A DNA stretch of 64,000 nt from Pachysolen tannophilus NRRL Y-2460 (lineage: Eukaryota): assembly GCA_001661245.1 (NCBI GenBank), contig KV454012.1:712147-776146 (forward strand). The letters are read 5' to 3'. The position numbers and the translations under genes were made by a program. A model generated the notes under the pieces. That model was given only the letters and a program-made list of their open reading frames with translations. It was not told the DNA's origin and did not search any database. This document shows, one piece after another, positions 1 to 9,742 of the stretch (position 1 is its first letter; the number at the start of each line of letters is the position of its first letter).

Positions 1-240
1 CCATTCTTCCAGCAAGGGTACCAAATACTTGAGCATTGAAATCCTACAAGATCGCAACTCTTTGAACATCTTATTTTTTTGTAAACGCAAACATGATATC
101 AACTTTGAATACGCATCTCTATTATACGGATCTGCTTCCACCTCCAGATAAAGTTCATCCATATCTTTTGAAACATCCTTCTCTATACACATTGAAACAC
201 CTATACTCTTCTCATCTTTGCCCAATTCCAATTCTGACAT
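1..240 (-). CDS. PRP24: 5' part of Prp24/SART3-like U4/U6 snRNP recycling factor with N-terminal HAT repeats (runs off the window)
   Basis: Hand translation from ATG 240: MSELELGKDE...EVEADPYNRDAYSKLISCLRLQ...ELRSCRISMLKYLVPL.EEW. This resembles the first HAT region of SART3/p110. It is divergent from TMA23, as PRP24/TMA23 are in S. cerevisiae. Absent from the ORF track. Confidence 0.7.
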   Translation of the reverse strand, partial: MSELELGKDEKSIGVSMCIEKDVSKDMDELYLEVEADPYNRDAYSKLISCLRLQKNKMFKELRSCRISMLKYLVPLLEEW

Positions 241-303
241 CCCTGATTACAGGAAATAAACTGAGAACCAGATTGATTAATACTTTATATTATTAAAAAA
301 TAC

Positions 304-341
304 CTCATCATCTTTCTTTCAAGTCGTGTGTTGAAATTTTT
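304..341. promoter_or_regulatory. PAC-core (CTCATC, 304-309) and RRPE-like (TGAAATTTTT, 332-341) ribosome-biogenesis motifs
   Basis: Both motifs sit in the 183-bp PRP24/TMA23 divergent promoter. Confidence 0.55.
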
Positions 342-423
342 TTTCAAACTAATTTTAAAGGAAAATTTTTTAAAAGACCAGATCAAAGGTAAAAGTTGAT
401 TTAAAAGTTGGTGTTGAGGCAGT

Positions 424-1053
424 ATGAATTCCAGTGATTATCTTAAGTCTTATGGCTGGAAAGAGGGAGAACCTTTGAGAAGAGGTGGTTTGAAAAGACC
501 TATTTTGGTGAAGCACAAGAAGGATACAAAAGGCTTGGGACATGATAGTGGTGATAGTGAAGCATGGTGGGAGAGAGTATTTGATGGACTGTTGAAAGGA
601 TTAGATGTTATGGGTAATGCTGCGGATGGGATAACGTTTAAACAAAATGAAATAAAGGCCAGTGCGGTGACGAAGAGTCAGTCGCCGTTGTATAAGATGT
701 TTGTGAAAGGTGAAGGTTTGGTTGGTACTATTGGAAAGACTAGTCACGTGCAGGTGGAACAGATAAAAGTTAATGATATTGAAGAAGTCATTGAGAATTC
801 TACAAAAATATCGTTTGATTCTCATGGAGGGGTGAAACCGATAAAAGGAAAGAAACTGAAAAGTGGGAAAACTCGAAAAACTGGGAAAACTGGGAAAAGT
901 GAGAAGAAGGAAGACAAAAAGAAGAAGAAGAAGAAGAAAGAAAAGAAAGAAAAGAAAAGTAGAGATGAGTCTAAAAGTAAAAACAAAAAACGAAAATCTT
1001 CAAATAGTGATGATGATATTTCCAGGAAAAGGACTAAAAAATCGATAAAATGA
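424..1053 (+). CDS. TMA23: G-patch nucleolar protein Tma23
   Basis: YLKSYGWKEGE..GGLKRPILVKHK.D.KGLG...EAWWER.FDG motif and a Lys-rich tail. Confidence 0.9.
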   Translation: MNSSDYLKSYGWKEGEPLRRGGLKRPILVKHKKDTKGLGHDSGDSEAWWERVFDGLLKGLDVMGNAADGITFKQNEIKASAVTKSQSPLYKMFVKGEGLVGTIGKTSHVQVEQIKVNDIEEVIENSTKISFDSHGGVKPIKGKKLKSGKTRKTGKTGKSEKKEDKKKKKKKKEKKEKKSRDESKSKNKKRKSSNSDDDISRKRTKKSIK

Positions 1054-1162
1054 TTGTTGTAAAGATTATAAGGCAGAGAGCAATTGTATGTATACTAGAT
1101 CGGATTTTTAATAAAAATGTTTTAATTAAAATAGGTTAAAAAATATGTCATGTTTCTATCAT

Positions 1163-4100
1163 CTATTTATCTGAAATTTCCGGAAATATTTCAATCAAAA
1201 TCTCATCATATAAAGTATACACCAAATGGTTCAACAAAATCTCATTTTGAAACATTTCGTGAACTTTAATAGCAGCAAACTTACTGTTTGATAATCCAAA
1301 AATTTTGGAAGTTGAATCGATTAAAAATCTTTCCAATATCATTTTTGATTCATTTTTTGTAAAACTTTTTTCTACATTAGACCTAGCTTTAGAACTTTCT
1401 CTAAAAATCCCATTTGGCCATAAAGCATCTTTTAAAAAATTTAAATTATCCAAAATTTTCTCTTCTGACTTGATCAGAAACAAAATATTTTCTCTGGTTT
1501 TTTTCTCTATGGTTGAACCTAATATTCTTTGTAAAATTACCAATACTGCCCGTCCTCTTAACCAACTATTAGATTTATTAAGTGAAAAAATAGATATTAT
1601 AAAATCGCAAATTGGTTTGACAAAAGAAATCTCGCCTTGATCATCAAATGCATTCAATTCATTTTGCATTTCATTTACTTGTAGCTCATATTCGTCCATG
1701 TCAGTTACTGGCGAATCAGATTGCAGTCTATCAGATTGCAGTCTATCACTTGAATTCTTGTTGGTCGAATCACTAGATTTCTTAGAGGACAATCTGTTCG
1801 ATGAAATAGAACTTGGATTGGCAAATGGAAATGTATTTGATATTCCATTATACAACTTGGTTGCAACAGTTTCAAGATTTGACCGTTTACCATTTTTGGT
1901 AGACGAATTTAAAGAATCACTAAATTCCAAATTAAAAACTTCTGATGATAAAAACGATCTGAATAACTTATTGGAACATACATCTGGCATTTTAATCAAA
2001 TTTTGTAAATATACCTCTAGTTGATTTTTCCTTTCTTCAATTAATGTGCTCTGCTGAAATTTCAAAACAACTCTTCTCTTTGGGAACTTCAATTCTCTAA
2101 CTGGATCGTACTTGGACTTTAAATACTCATTTAATTTATAAAATTGACTAAATCTTCTAGCAACGATCCAACCTGCTGTAACAACATTACTGTCGTCACT
2201 TGCTAATTTTTGAACTTCAATTATATATAAGGTGAAATCATTCTCGTTAATGTACGATTGAATTCTAACTCTCGATTTCCCATATAACGAATTCTCATTT
2301 TCTTGAACGATATATTGTTGTTTCTGTAGTTCCTTTATTTCAATTTCTCTCTCTAAACTTACTTTGGATTTCCGTAAAATTTTTAACTCGGCAACATTGT
2401 TAGTGATTTCAGCTTTACGTAACAATGGATCAATAATAGAAACCTGGTTTTCTAAACTTTCTATTTCGGTTGTTAAAGTATTTATTTCTTCAGAAAGATT
2501 TAAATCACCAGGGGCAGCTAAATGTAATTCACTTTTTTCCAAATCAGAATAATTGGAAAACATTTCCTCATAATTACTTATATTGTCCCCATCTTCCTCA
2601 GAATCAGATATATCGTCAAACAACTTAGATGATTTTTTCAAATTTGTAATGCTACTGTTATTCTTTTCATCTAAATCATCATCACCAGCAAAAATACCAG
2701 GAACCGAATCTAAACCAAAGAGATTTTTTTGCAATTCTGGATCAATCAATCTTGGATTTCTGGTTGTTATATTATTATTAGCATTGCTATCCTGGAAGTC
2801 ATCTACGGATGACGACCTTGAAGGAGGCACTGAAGCTTCAAAAGCATTTTTCCCATTTTTATCATGTTTTGCCATTATCTCATTTAAAGCGTCTTCAACT
2901 GCTTTCAAAACATCGTCACTTATCTTTTCATGATTAGCATTCGAAGATTCACTATTTTCCCACTTTAAATCATAATTTATTAGCTGATTAGATTTTTCAT
3001 CCGCGAGAAGTGTACTTACTCCACTTTTCTCTGAATTCAGAATCTTGGAACTGCTATTATTATTGTTTTTCAAAGGTGATCCTTCACCAGATATAATTTT
3101 TGGAAATAAATTCGACTTTTTGAATGCTATTAAATCAGTTTTATCCATTCTATTATATGTCTCTCTTTGTACGATCAATATAGATCTTTTGGCCTTCTGG
3201 TATAAGGTTTTGCTTTTAGGTTCCAAGTTGACAAATCTAGCAACAATCGAATAGTTATAAGGGCTAATTTTCAATAGTCTATTACTGAAAAATTCGTCAA
3301 AAATTTGTTTTATTTCTGCCGATTGGTCATCTCCGAATGAAGTATCTGCCTCACTATATTCATCATCATTTTCTTCATTAAAGTCATTTTCATCAGCAAC
3401 GCTTAAGTCACCATTTTCATTGTTATCTCCATAATCGTTTAAGTCTTCTAAAGGATTCTTAATTCCATTAACCGCCATCCAGAATTGTAATAGCACGGAT
3501 CTAGATCTTTGATCCATAAAGTCCATAAAATAAGAAAGCGATGTTGGATTATTTAATATATCCATTAATGTTAAATTCATCTTTTCATTTTTGTTAGAGA
3601 TTAGAGACAAATTAGAACTGGAGATTATTTTTGAATCTTTTTTCTTCAAGGGAACAATTTTTGCATTAGTTTCTGAAAGAATAGAAAGTCTATTATCTAT
3701 TGAAGTTTTCAATATTTGTAATCTTTTATTGTAAATTTCAATTCTTTCTTGACTTATGTCTATGTTATTAGTATATTTTTCAGAACCTTGACTAATTTGA
3801 AAAGATGTATAATTTCTCAATTGTTTTAATTCGAAAAAAGATGATGAATTATCAATTTTTTTCAAAATCTCATCAAACTGAATATGATCTGTTTCTGGAA
3901 CTAATAAAGTTTTCATCAATTTGTTGTTACTATAATCGTCTTCTTTTATACTTTCGCCGTTGGTGTTAGCTAATGATTTACTCATTTCCCGCAACTTTAT
4001 TGTATTTATTGTTGCATCATTAGCATGTAAATCCAAGACAGAACGAAATTGTTTAACTTGATATCTATCTTTTAAAACCTCTCCTATAGTATTTACAATC

Positions 4101-5047
4101 ATTTGATTCCAAAAATCCGGCTCCCCTAACATCGAAATCACAGGAAATAAGACACATGAGGCAAAAATATGTTTTATCAATATTGCAACTGGTTGTGAAT
4201 TGATTTCAGGTTCACCAATCAAATATGGTAAAAATTTTTTAGCACTTTCTTGTAAATAAATTTTACGATCTTTCTCTAAATTTAAATCTTTAACTTTTAT
4301 AGCAGGGTGTAGTCGTTTATACAGTGAAGCAATTGCTGTTTCTATATCCATTGAATTTGTTAATTTCCTACTAAGAATTGTCTTTTTATTTTTAACTACT
4401 TCTTCTGCCACTAAGAAATTATTGAAATGTTCAGTTATTGTTGGTATTAATTTGAAAACAATTAAATCACTAAAATCTACCATTTCTAATCTTTCTTTCA
4501 ACTCTACTATTGAAATTCTTAGCTGATGCTTCAACTGTATAATAAAAGATTGATCTTGTGAAATATTAGAATACCAGGACAAGACAAAATCTTTTACAAT
4601 TAAATCAACTATATTCGTTATAGTATCAGAAATTAAAAAACTTTCAGGAAACAAAGCCTGTTCAATTTCTGATTTCATTGAATCATCATATCTGTTCAAT
4701 TCTTTCAATTGTTTATTCCATAAATCTTCATTCATAAATTGAAATTTTGGTAATTTTTGATACAAAGGTATCTTAACATCATCACTACCACCATTACTTT
4801 TAATAGCGGTTGGCCTAAAACTGAACCATATTAAAAAACCAACAACTATTAGTTGCCCAATAAGCAAAGTAAACAAATTAGAGATTATAAAACTTAATAT
4901 AAAATACCCAAACACGAAATAAGAGATCAAATATAAATTAATAGTTTGATCTTGTTTAAGATTAACGCGCTCGTTCAATTCATTTCCTTTCGTACCATTA
5001 TTATTCAATTTTTCATCTTTCTGACCATCAAAACCACTACTATCCAT
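1163..5047 (-). CDS. MDM1: PXA-RGS-PX-Nexin_C sorting nexin (ER-vacuole/lipid droplet tether)
   Basis: N-terminal TM segments, PXA (DFVLSWYSNIS), RGS (LSYFMDFMD..LQFW), PX (GWIVARRFSQFYKL..LKFP) and C-terminal WLRGRA...LWPNG. Confidence 0.9.
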   Translation of the reverse strand: MDSSGFDGQKDEKLNNNGTKGNELNERVNLKQDQTINLYLISYFVFGYFILSFIISNLFTLLIGQLIVVGFLIWFSFRPTAIKSNGGSDDVKIPLYQKLPKFQFMNEDLWNKQLKELNRYDDSMKSEIEQALFPESFLISDTITNIVDLIVKDFVLSWYSNISQDQSFIIQLKHQLRISIVELKERLEMVDFSDLIVFKLIPTITEHFNNFLVAEEVVKNKKTILSRKLTNSMDIETAIASLYKRLHPAIKVKDLNLEKDRKIYLQESAKKFLPYLIGEPEINSQPVAILIKHIFASCVLFPVISMLGEPDFWNQMIVNTIGEVLKDRYQVKQFRSVLDLHANDATINTIKLREMSKSLANTNGESIKEDDYSNNKLMKTLLVPETDHIQFDEILKKIDNSSSFFELKQLRNYTSFQISQGSEKYTNNIDISQERIEIYNKRLQILKTSIDNRLSILSETNAKIVPLKKKDSKIISSSNLSLISNKNEKMNLTLMDILNNPTSLSYFMDFMDQRSRSVLLQFWMAVNGIKNPLEDLNDYGDNNENGDLSVADENDFNEENDDEYSEADTSFGDDQSAEIKQIFDEFFSNRLLKISPYNYSIVARFVNLEPKSKTLYQKAKRSILIVQRETYNRMDKTDLIAFKKSNLFPKIISGEGSPLKNNNNSSSKILNSEKSGVSTLLADEKSNQLINYDLKWENSESSNANHEKISDDVLKAVEDALNEIMAKHDKNGKNAFEASVPPSRSSSVDDFQDSNANNNITTRNPRLIDPELQKNLFGLDSVPGIFAGDDDLDEKNNSSITNLKKSSKLFDDISDSEEDGDNISNYEEMFSNYSDLEKSELHLAAPGDLNLSEEINTLTTEIESLENQVSIIDPLLRKAEITNNVAELKILRKSKVSLEREIEIKELQKQQYIVQENENSLYGKSRVRIQSYINENDFTLYIIEVQKLASDDSNVVTAGWIVARRFSQFYKLNEYLKSKYDPVRELKFPKRRVVLKFQQSTLIEERKNQLEVYLQNLIKMPDVCSNKLFRSFLSSEVFNLEFSDSLNSSTKNGKRSNLETVATKLYNGISNTFPFANPSSISSNRLSSKKSSDSTNKNSSDRLQSDRLQSDSPVTDMDEYELQVNEMQNELNAFDDQGEISFVKPICDFIISIFSLNKSNSWLRGRAVLVILQRILGSTIEKKTRENILFLIKSEEKILDNLNFLKDALWPNGIFRESSKARSNVEKSFTKNESKMILERFLIDSTSKIFGLSNSKFAAIKVHEMFQNEILLNHLVYTLYDEILIEIFPEISDK

Positions 5048-5306
5048 ATCACCAAGAACATAAGTTTATTAACGAATTATTTCAATCGTTTTAATATTAG
5101 CCGCCAATGTCAATTTCAATTTATTATATCATGGTATTTATATTATATTTATATTTAATATAAAAACTACAAAAGATAATTTAAATCATAATAAAATTAC
5201 ATCAAAGTGCCTTCCTTCATTATATATAACTAGGTTAACTTTAGTATTTCTATACACTACAAGAATGGCTTTCAACGAGGTCTCAATAGGTTGATGAACT
5301 TTTGAT

Positions 5307-7824
5307 TCAAATCTCTACTCTATTTCCCATGAATAAGACTCTTTGAGAGGATTCATCAACAGCCAAAAGGTCTTCAGATTGAAAGAGACCAGTTAGGAAA
5401 CTGAAAAGTTGTTCCACTAAAACGTATCTGAAAAATATTACGATTTTAGCTGGAGCTTTATAAAAATTGGAACGGCCTTCCAACATACCATCAAACTTTT
5501 TTGAAAGAATAATTTCTTTTTCAAAAATGTGTACAACGTTAAAGGCCAAAGATCCATCTGGGTTCAAAAGATCTTCGATACGTTCATCGGTTTCTTCTTC
5601 ATCGATGAGCCTATCTCTAATTCTGAATATAATTTCAGCAATTAAAATATTATCAACTTTAACCGTATCCATAAATCCAAATCTTAAAACACAACGGTAG
5701 AATCCTGGAAGGGTTCTCATTGGTTCAACAACAACTCTTTCTTCCTCAGAAACATAAGGATAAGAAGCTATTCTAACACCTAAAAAGATAAAAGTTTCAG
5801 GTAAAGCAGGGAAAGAGGAAACCAAATGCTTGAATAATTGTGGAACAGTATTTGGGGAATTTAGAGTATGCATAACATTTGTATACATAATACCAACTCC
5901 AGAATAACGTGTTACATCTACTTTAACTCCATCACCTAAATTGACAACTAATTTTGGACTTGATTCTGGTTCAATGCTTTTCCTTTCTGTGATTATACTT
6001 TCATTTTCTCCATGATCTAGATGTTCACCACCGATTCGAACAGTTGTTAGCCTTGGTCTTTTCAAATTGTCAAAAATATCTCTAATTCTAACTCTTGCAT
6101 TATATTCTTCATTAATTTTAAGACTACGACACCATCTCCAATATGTAATAAAAATAAATATAAGAGCGGACATCATCAAGGTGAACCAAGCACCTGTTGG
6201 TACTTTTTTCATTCCTGCAACTATCAAGCACATATCCAAAGATCCAAAAAATATGAAAAAAAACAATGGAACGAAAAATGGTAGCCTGTAAACGTATATC
6301 ATACAAATGGTGATTAAAGTTGTTGTAAGGAAAAAATCTAAAGCGATTCCCAAACCATATGCTGATGTTACATTATCTGAAGTTTTAAAACCAACACAAG
6401 TACAAATGACAGCAATCATTAAAATATAATTCATTACAGGTAAATATATTCTACCATAATTTGTTGAAGAAACGTGAAGGATTTTAAAACTTGGGAAACA
6501 ATCGATATGAATCATTTGAGAAACAATAGAGAAAACACCAAGAATTAAAGCTTGAGATGCAATAATTGCAGCAAGTGTAGCAATTACAAATGTAAACCAA
6601 TAAAACCCACCAGAAGTTCCACCTGGAAGTGATAAATAAAAAACATTTGAGATTGCATCTGGATGATCCAACAAAAAGGAAGCTTCACCCAAATACAGTA
6701 ACATCAAGCATGGATAAACAACAAATCCAAGGGTTAATTGAATAGAAAGTCTTGAAAAATGACCAATATCAGCAAACATTGCTTCAGTACCAGTAACGGC
6801 TAACATAACTGCACCTAATATATCTATACCTTTTTCTCTTTTTAATATATCAATTGCATATTTTGGACTTAGGGATTTAAAAATTTCAGGATGTTTTGAT
6901 ACACTAATAATACCAGTAACAAATAATATAGCCATCCAAATAAAGATAATTGGAGCAAATATAAATGAGATTTTAGCAGAACCAAAATTTTGAACTGAAA
7001 ATAATAAAAAAATAATCACACATGAAACTGCCTCCACATCATTAGTTGTAAAAGATGGTACAGCAACCGAAATACCATCAATAGCACTCAATACAGAGGT
7101 TGTTGGAGTTAATAACCCATCACTAATCACCAACCCACAACCAAAAAAACATATACCCATAATGAATTTTGATAAAAATTTATTGATGAAAAGTTCATGA
7201 TAATGACCTCTATTAGTTAATGATTTAACTACACTATCATGTGTTTCACTTCTTGTTATAACCAATAAATCATCAGCCTCTGGTTCTCCAGGAATTTTAA
7301 CACCTCTTGGACCAATTTTCAATTTTCTTGCAATTTTTGCATAAATGGCAACTTGACCACCTTCATTATTGTTTGGACCTAAATATAATACAATCAAACA
7401 ATATTTAAATATAACAACAATTGTGAAAACCCAAAAGATACAAGAAGCAGCCCCATATACATCTTCTTGTGATGGTTCATTTTCCGGAAAGATTGAACTG
7501 AAAACATAGAGTGGACTCGTACCAATATCACCATAGATCGAACCTAATGAACTAAAACCCAAAATCAGAACATTAATCCATCCATCTCTCTTTTTAAAAA
7601 TACCCACATCAGTTAGTAATGCCCGCCAATAAAAGAAAATTAAAAATAAAAAGAAAAAGAAAAAGAAAAAAAAAGGCAATAAATTAATTAGATTGATTAT
7701 TATACAACTGTTTTTGACTCACTTTATCAGAATTCAAAATACTACGTTTATGATGTTCAACCTTAGCATTGGCCTCAACGTCCTCCAACATTGGGCTCGG
7801 TATTTGCCTAACCGGTTCTTCCAT
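5307..7824 (-). CDS. HAK1: KUP/HAK/KT high-affinity K+ transporter; exons 7824-7723 and 7589-5307
   Basis: GSIYGDIGTSPLY, DGLLTP, TGTEAMFAD.GHF motifs. Phase-0 intron 7722-7590 has donor GTGAGT, branch TACTAAC and acceptor AAG. Exon 1 encodes MEEPVRQIPSPMLEDVEANAKVEHHKRSILNSDK. The poly-Phe start in the ORF track is intron sequence. Confidence 0.9.
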
Positions 7825-8089
7825 TACAGTCCTTCAGAAACCTCGCTTGTTTTTGTTAACAACCTATCTCTTTCTTAGTGTTTTTTTTTTCCTATTTTTT
7901 ATTTTTTTTTTATTATTATTGTAATAAAACAATAAAAACTAACATAATACCTGAATTCATCACCTCTTTATAGCTTAGAAACAGATTTGCAAAATTACTT
8001 ATTAAAGCAGAGTAGAAAACAGTTTATTAACCTTACTTTAGAAAAGACAGATAAAAAAAAAAAAAAAGAGAGAGAGAAAAATTTTTTTT

Positions 8090-8122
<33 letters not shown>

Positions 8123-8124
8123 CC

Positions 8125-8597
8125 CNNNNNNNNNNNNNNNNNNNNNNNNNNNNNNNNNNNNNNNNNNNNNNNNNNNNNNNNNNNNNNNNNNNNNNNNNNN
8201 NNNNNNNNNNNNNNNNNNNNNNNNNNNNNNNNNNNNNNNNNNNNNNNNNNNNNNNNNNNNNNNNNNNNNNNNNNNNNNNNNNNNNNNNNNNNNNNNNNNN
8301 NNNNNNNNNNNNNNNNNNNNNNNNNNNNNNNNNNNNNNNNNNNNNNNNNNNNNNNNNNNNNNNNNNNNNNNNNNNNNNNNNNNNNNNNNNNNNNNNNNNN
8401 NNNNNNNNNNNNNNNNNNNNNNNNNNNNNNNNNNNNNNNNNNNNNNNNNNNNNNNNNNNNNNNNNNNNNNNNNNNNNNNNNNNNNNNNNNNNNNNNNNNN
8501 NNNNNNNNNNNNNNNNNNNNNNNNNNNNNNNNNNNNNNNNNNNNNNNNNNNNNNNNNNNNNNNNNNNNNNNNNNNNNNNNNNNNNNNNNNNNNNNNN
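8125..8597. other. Assembly gap (N run)
   Basis: Run of N; both flanks carry the same poly-A/(GA)n/poly-T sequence. Confidence 0.95.
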
Positions 8598-8868
8598 AAA
8601 AAAAAAAAGAGAGAGAGAAAAATTTTTTTTTTTTTTTTTTTTTTTTTGCTTTCTTTTTTAACCCACTAGATTTTGGTAAAATGACGTCGCAGTCAATTGA
8701 AAAATAATTTTTATTATTATTTACAATTTTACCAAAAGAAAAAATTAGTTTAATCAGAGTCTAATCTAATGTAGTATTAGTATTACTATTAGTATTAGCC
8801 TATCCTAGCCTAGCCCATAACCATGAGCACGAGTACACACAAGTACGAGCACGAGTATATAGGTACTG

Positions 8869-8918
8869 TTTTTCTTGTTTTTCTTGTTTTTCTTGTTTTT
8901 CTTGTTTTTTTTGTTTTT
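8869..8918. repeat. Tandem 9-mer (TTTTTCTTG)n in the HAK1 upstream region
   Basis: About 5 consecutive copies, read directly. Confidence 0.8.
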
Positions 8919-9742
8919 CCTTTTAACTCTTTGGCTATGAGGGAATTTTTTCATTGGCCAATTAATGTCGTATTCATTAACTGTACAAAGAAGTAAAAAA
9001 AATTTTCAAGTTGTAAATTCAATCACAATTTTGGTCAGCAAGTAATTACCGAGAAAGTTGAAAGTTTTTGAATCTTTTTTTTTTCTATACTCAAAACAGA
9101 AGGAGAAACCTGAATAGAATTGAAATATTGAAAATAGTCAGTTCATACATAATTATAATATTTTCATTGCTCTTTTCTTCTATGCTTTGTTATTGTACTC
9201 TTTTATGTTTTATAACGTTGTAAAATAAAATGCCTCAGTGTAATTAGTATACTTGATGGTGGTATTGTATTAAGTAGTGGACAAGAGTAATAATAATAAT
9301 AATAATAAAAGTTACATGTGCTTCTTCTAAAATGGAAATAATTTTCTACTGCTCCTCTTCTTTTTTCTTTTAAGTTTGATTTGGTTTGGTTTGGCTTGGC
9401 TATAGTATATAGTATAATTAAGTAAAGGGGGCTATGGTTAATACTGAATGAATTGTAGAATAACTAACGCCTGGAGGATGGATGGATGGATAACTAGGAA
9501 CCGAATGAAGAAATATTACATTATGAGAAAAAAAAAAAAAAAAAAAAATTTTTAATCTGAGTGTAGTAGTAGTATAATGGAGTTTTATTAAAAAATATGT
9601 ATTTTAACAATTAGTACTTTCATAATACATAAATAACTCAACTTGACTCTGTAAAAATTATTTATTTGTATAATAGATGATGAATATTTAGCAATTAAAT
9701 TAAATTATATTATATTATATTATATTATATTGATAGTTTAAA

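Noticed and set aside
7593..7679. Poly-Phe N-terminus of HAK1 in the ORF track
   Set aside because: It is intron sequence (T-rich tract and TACTAAC); the real exon 1 is 7824-7723.
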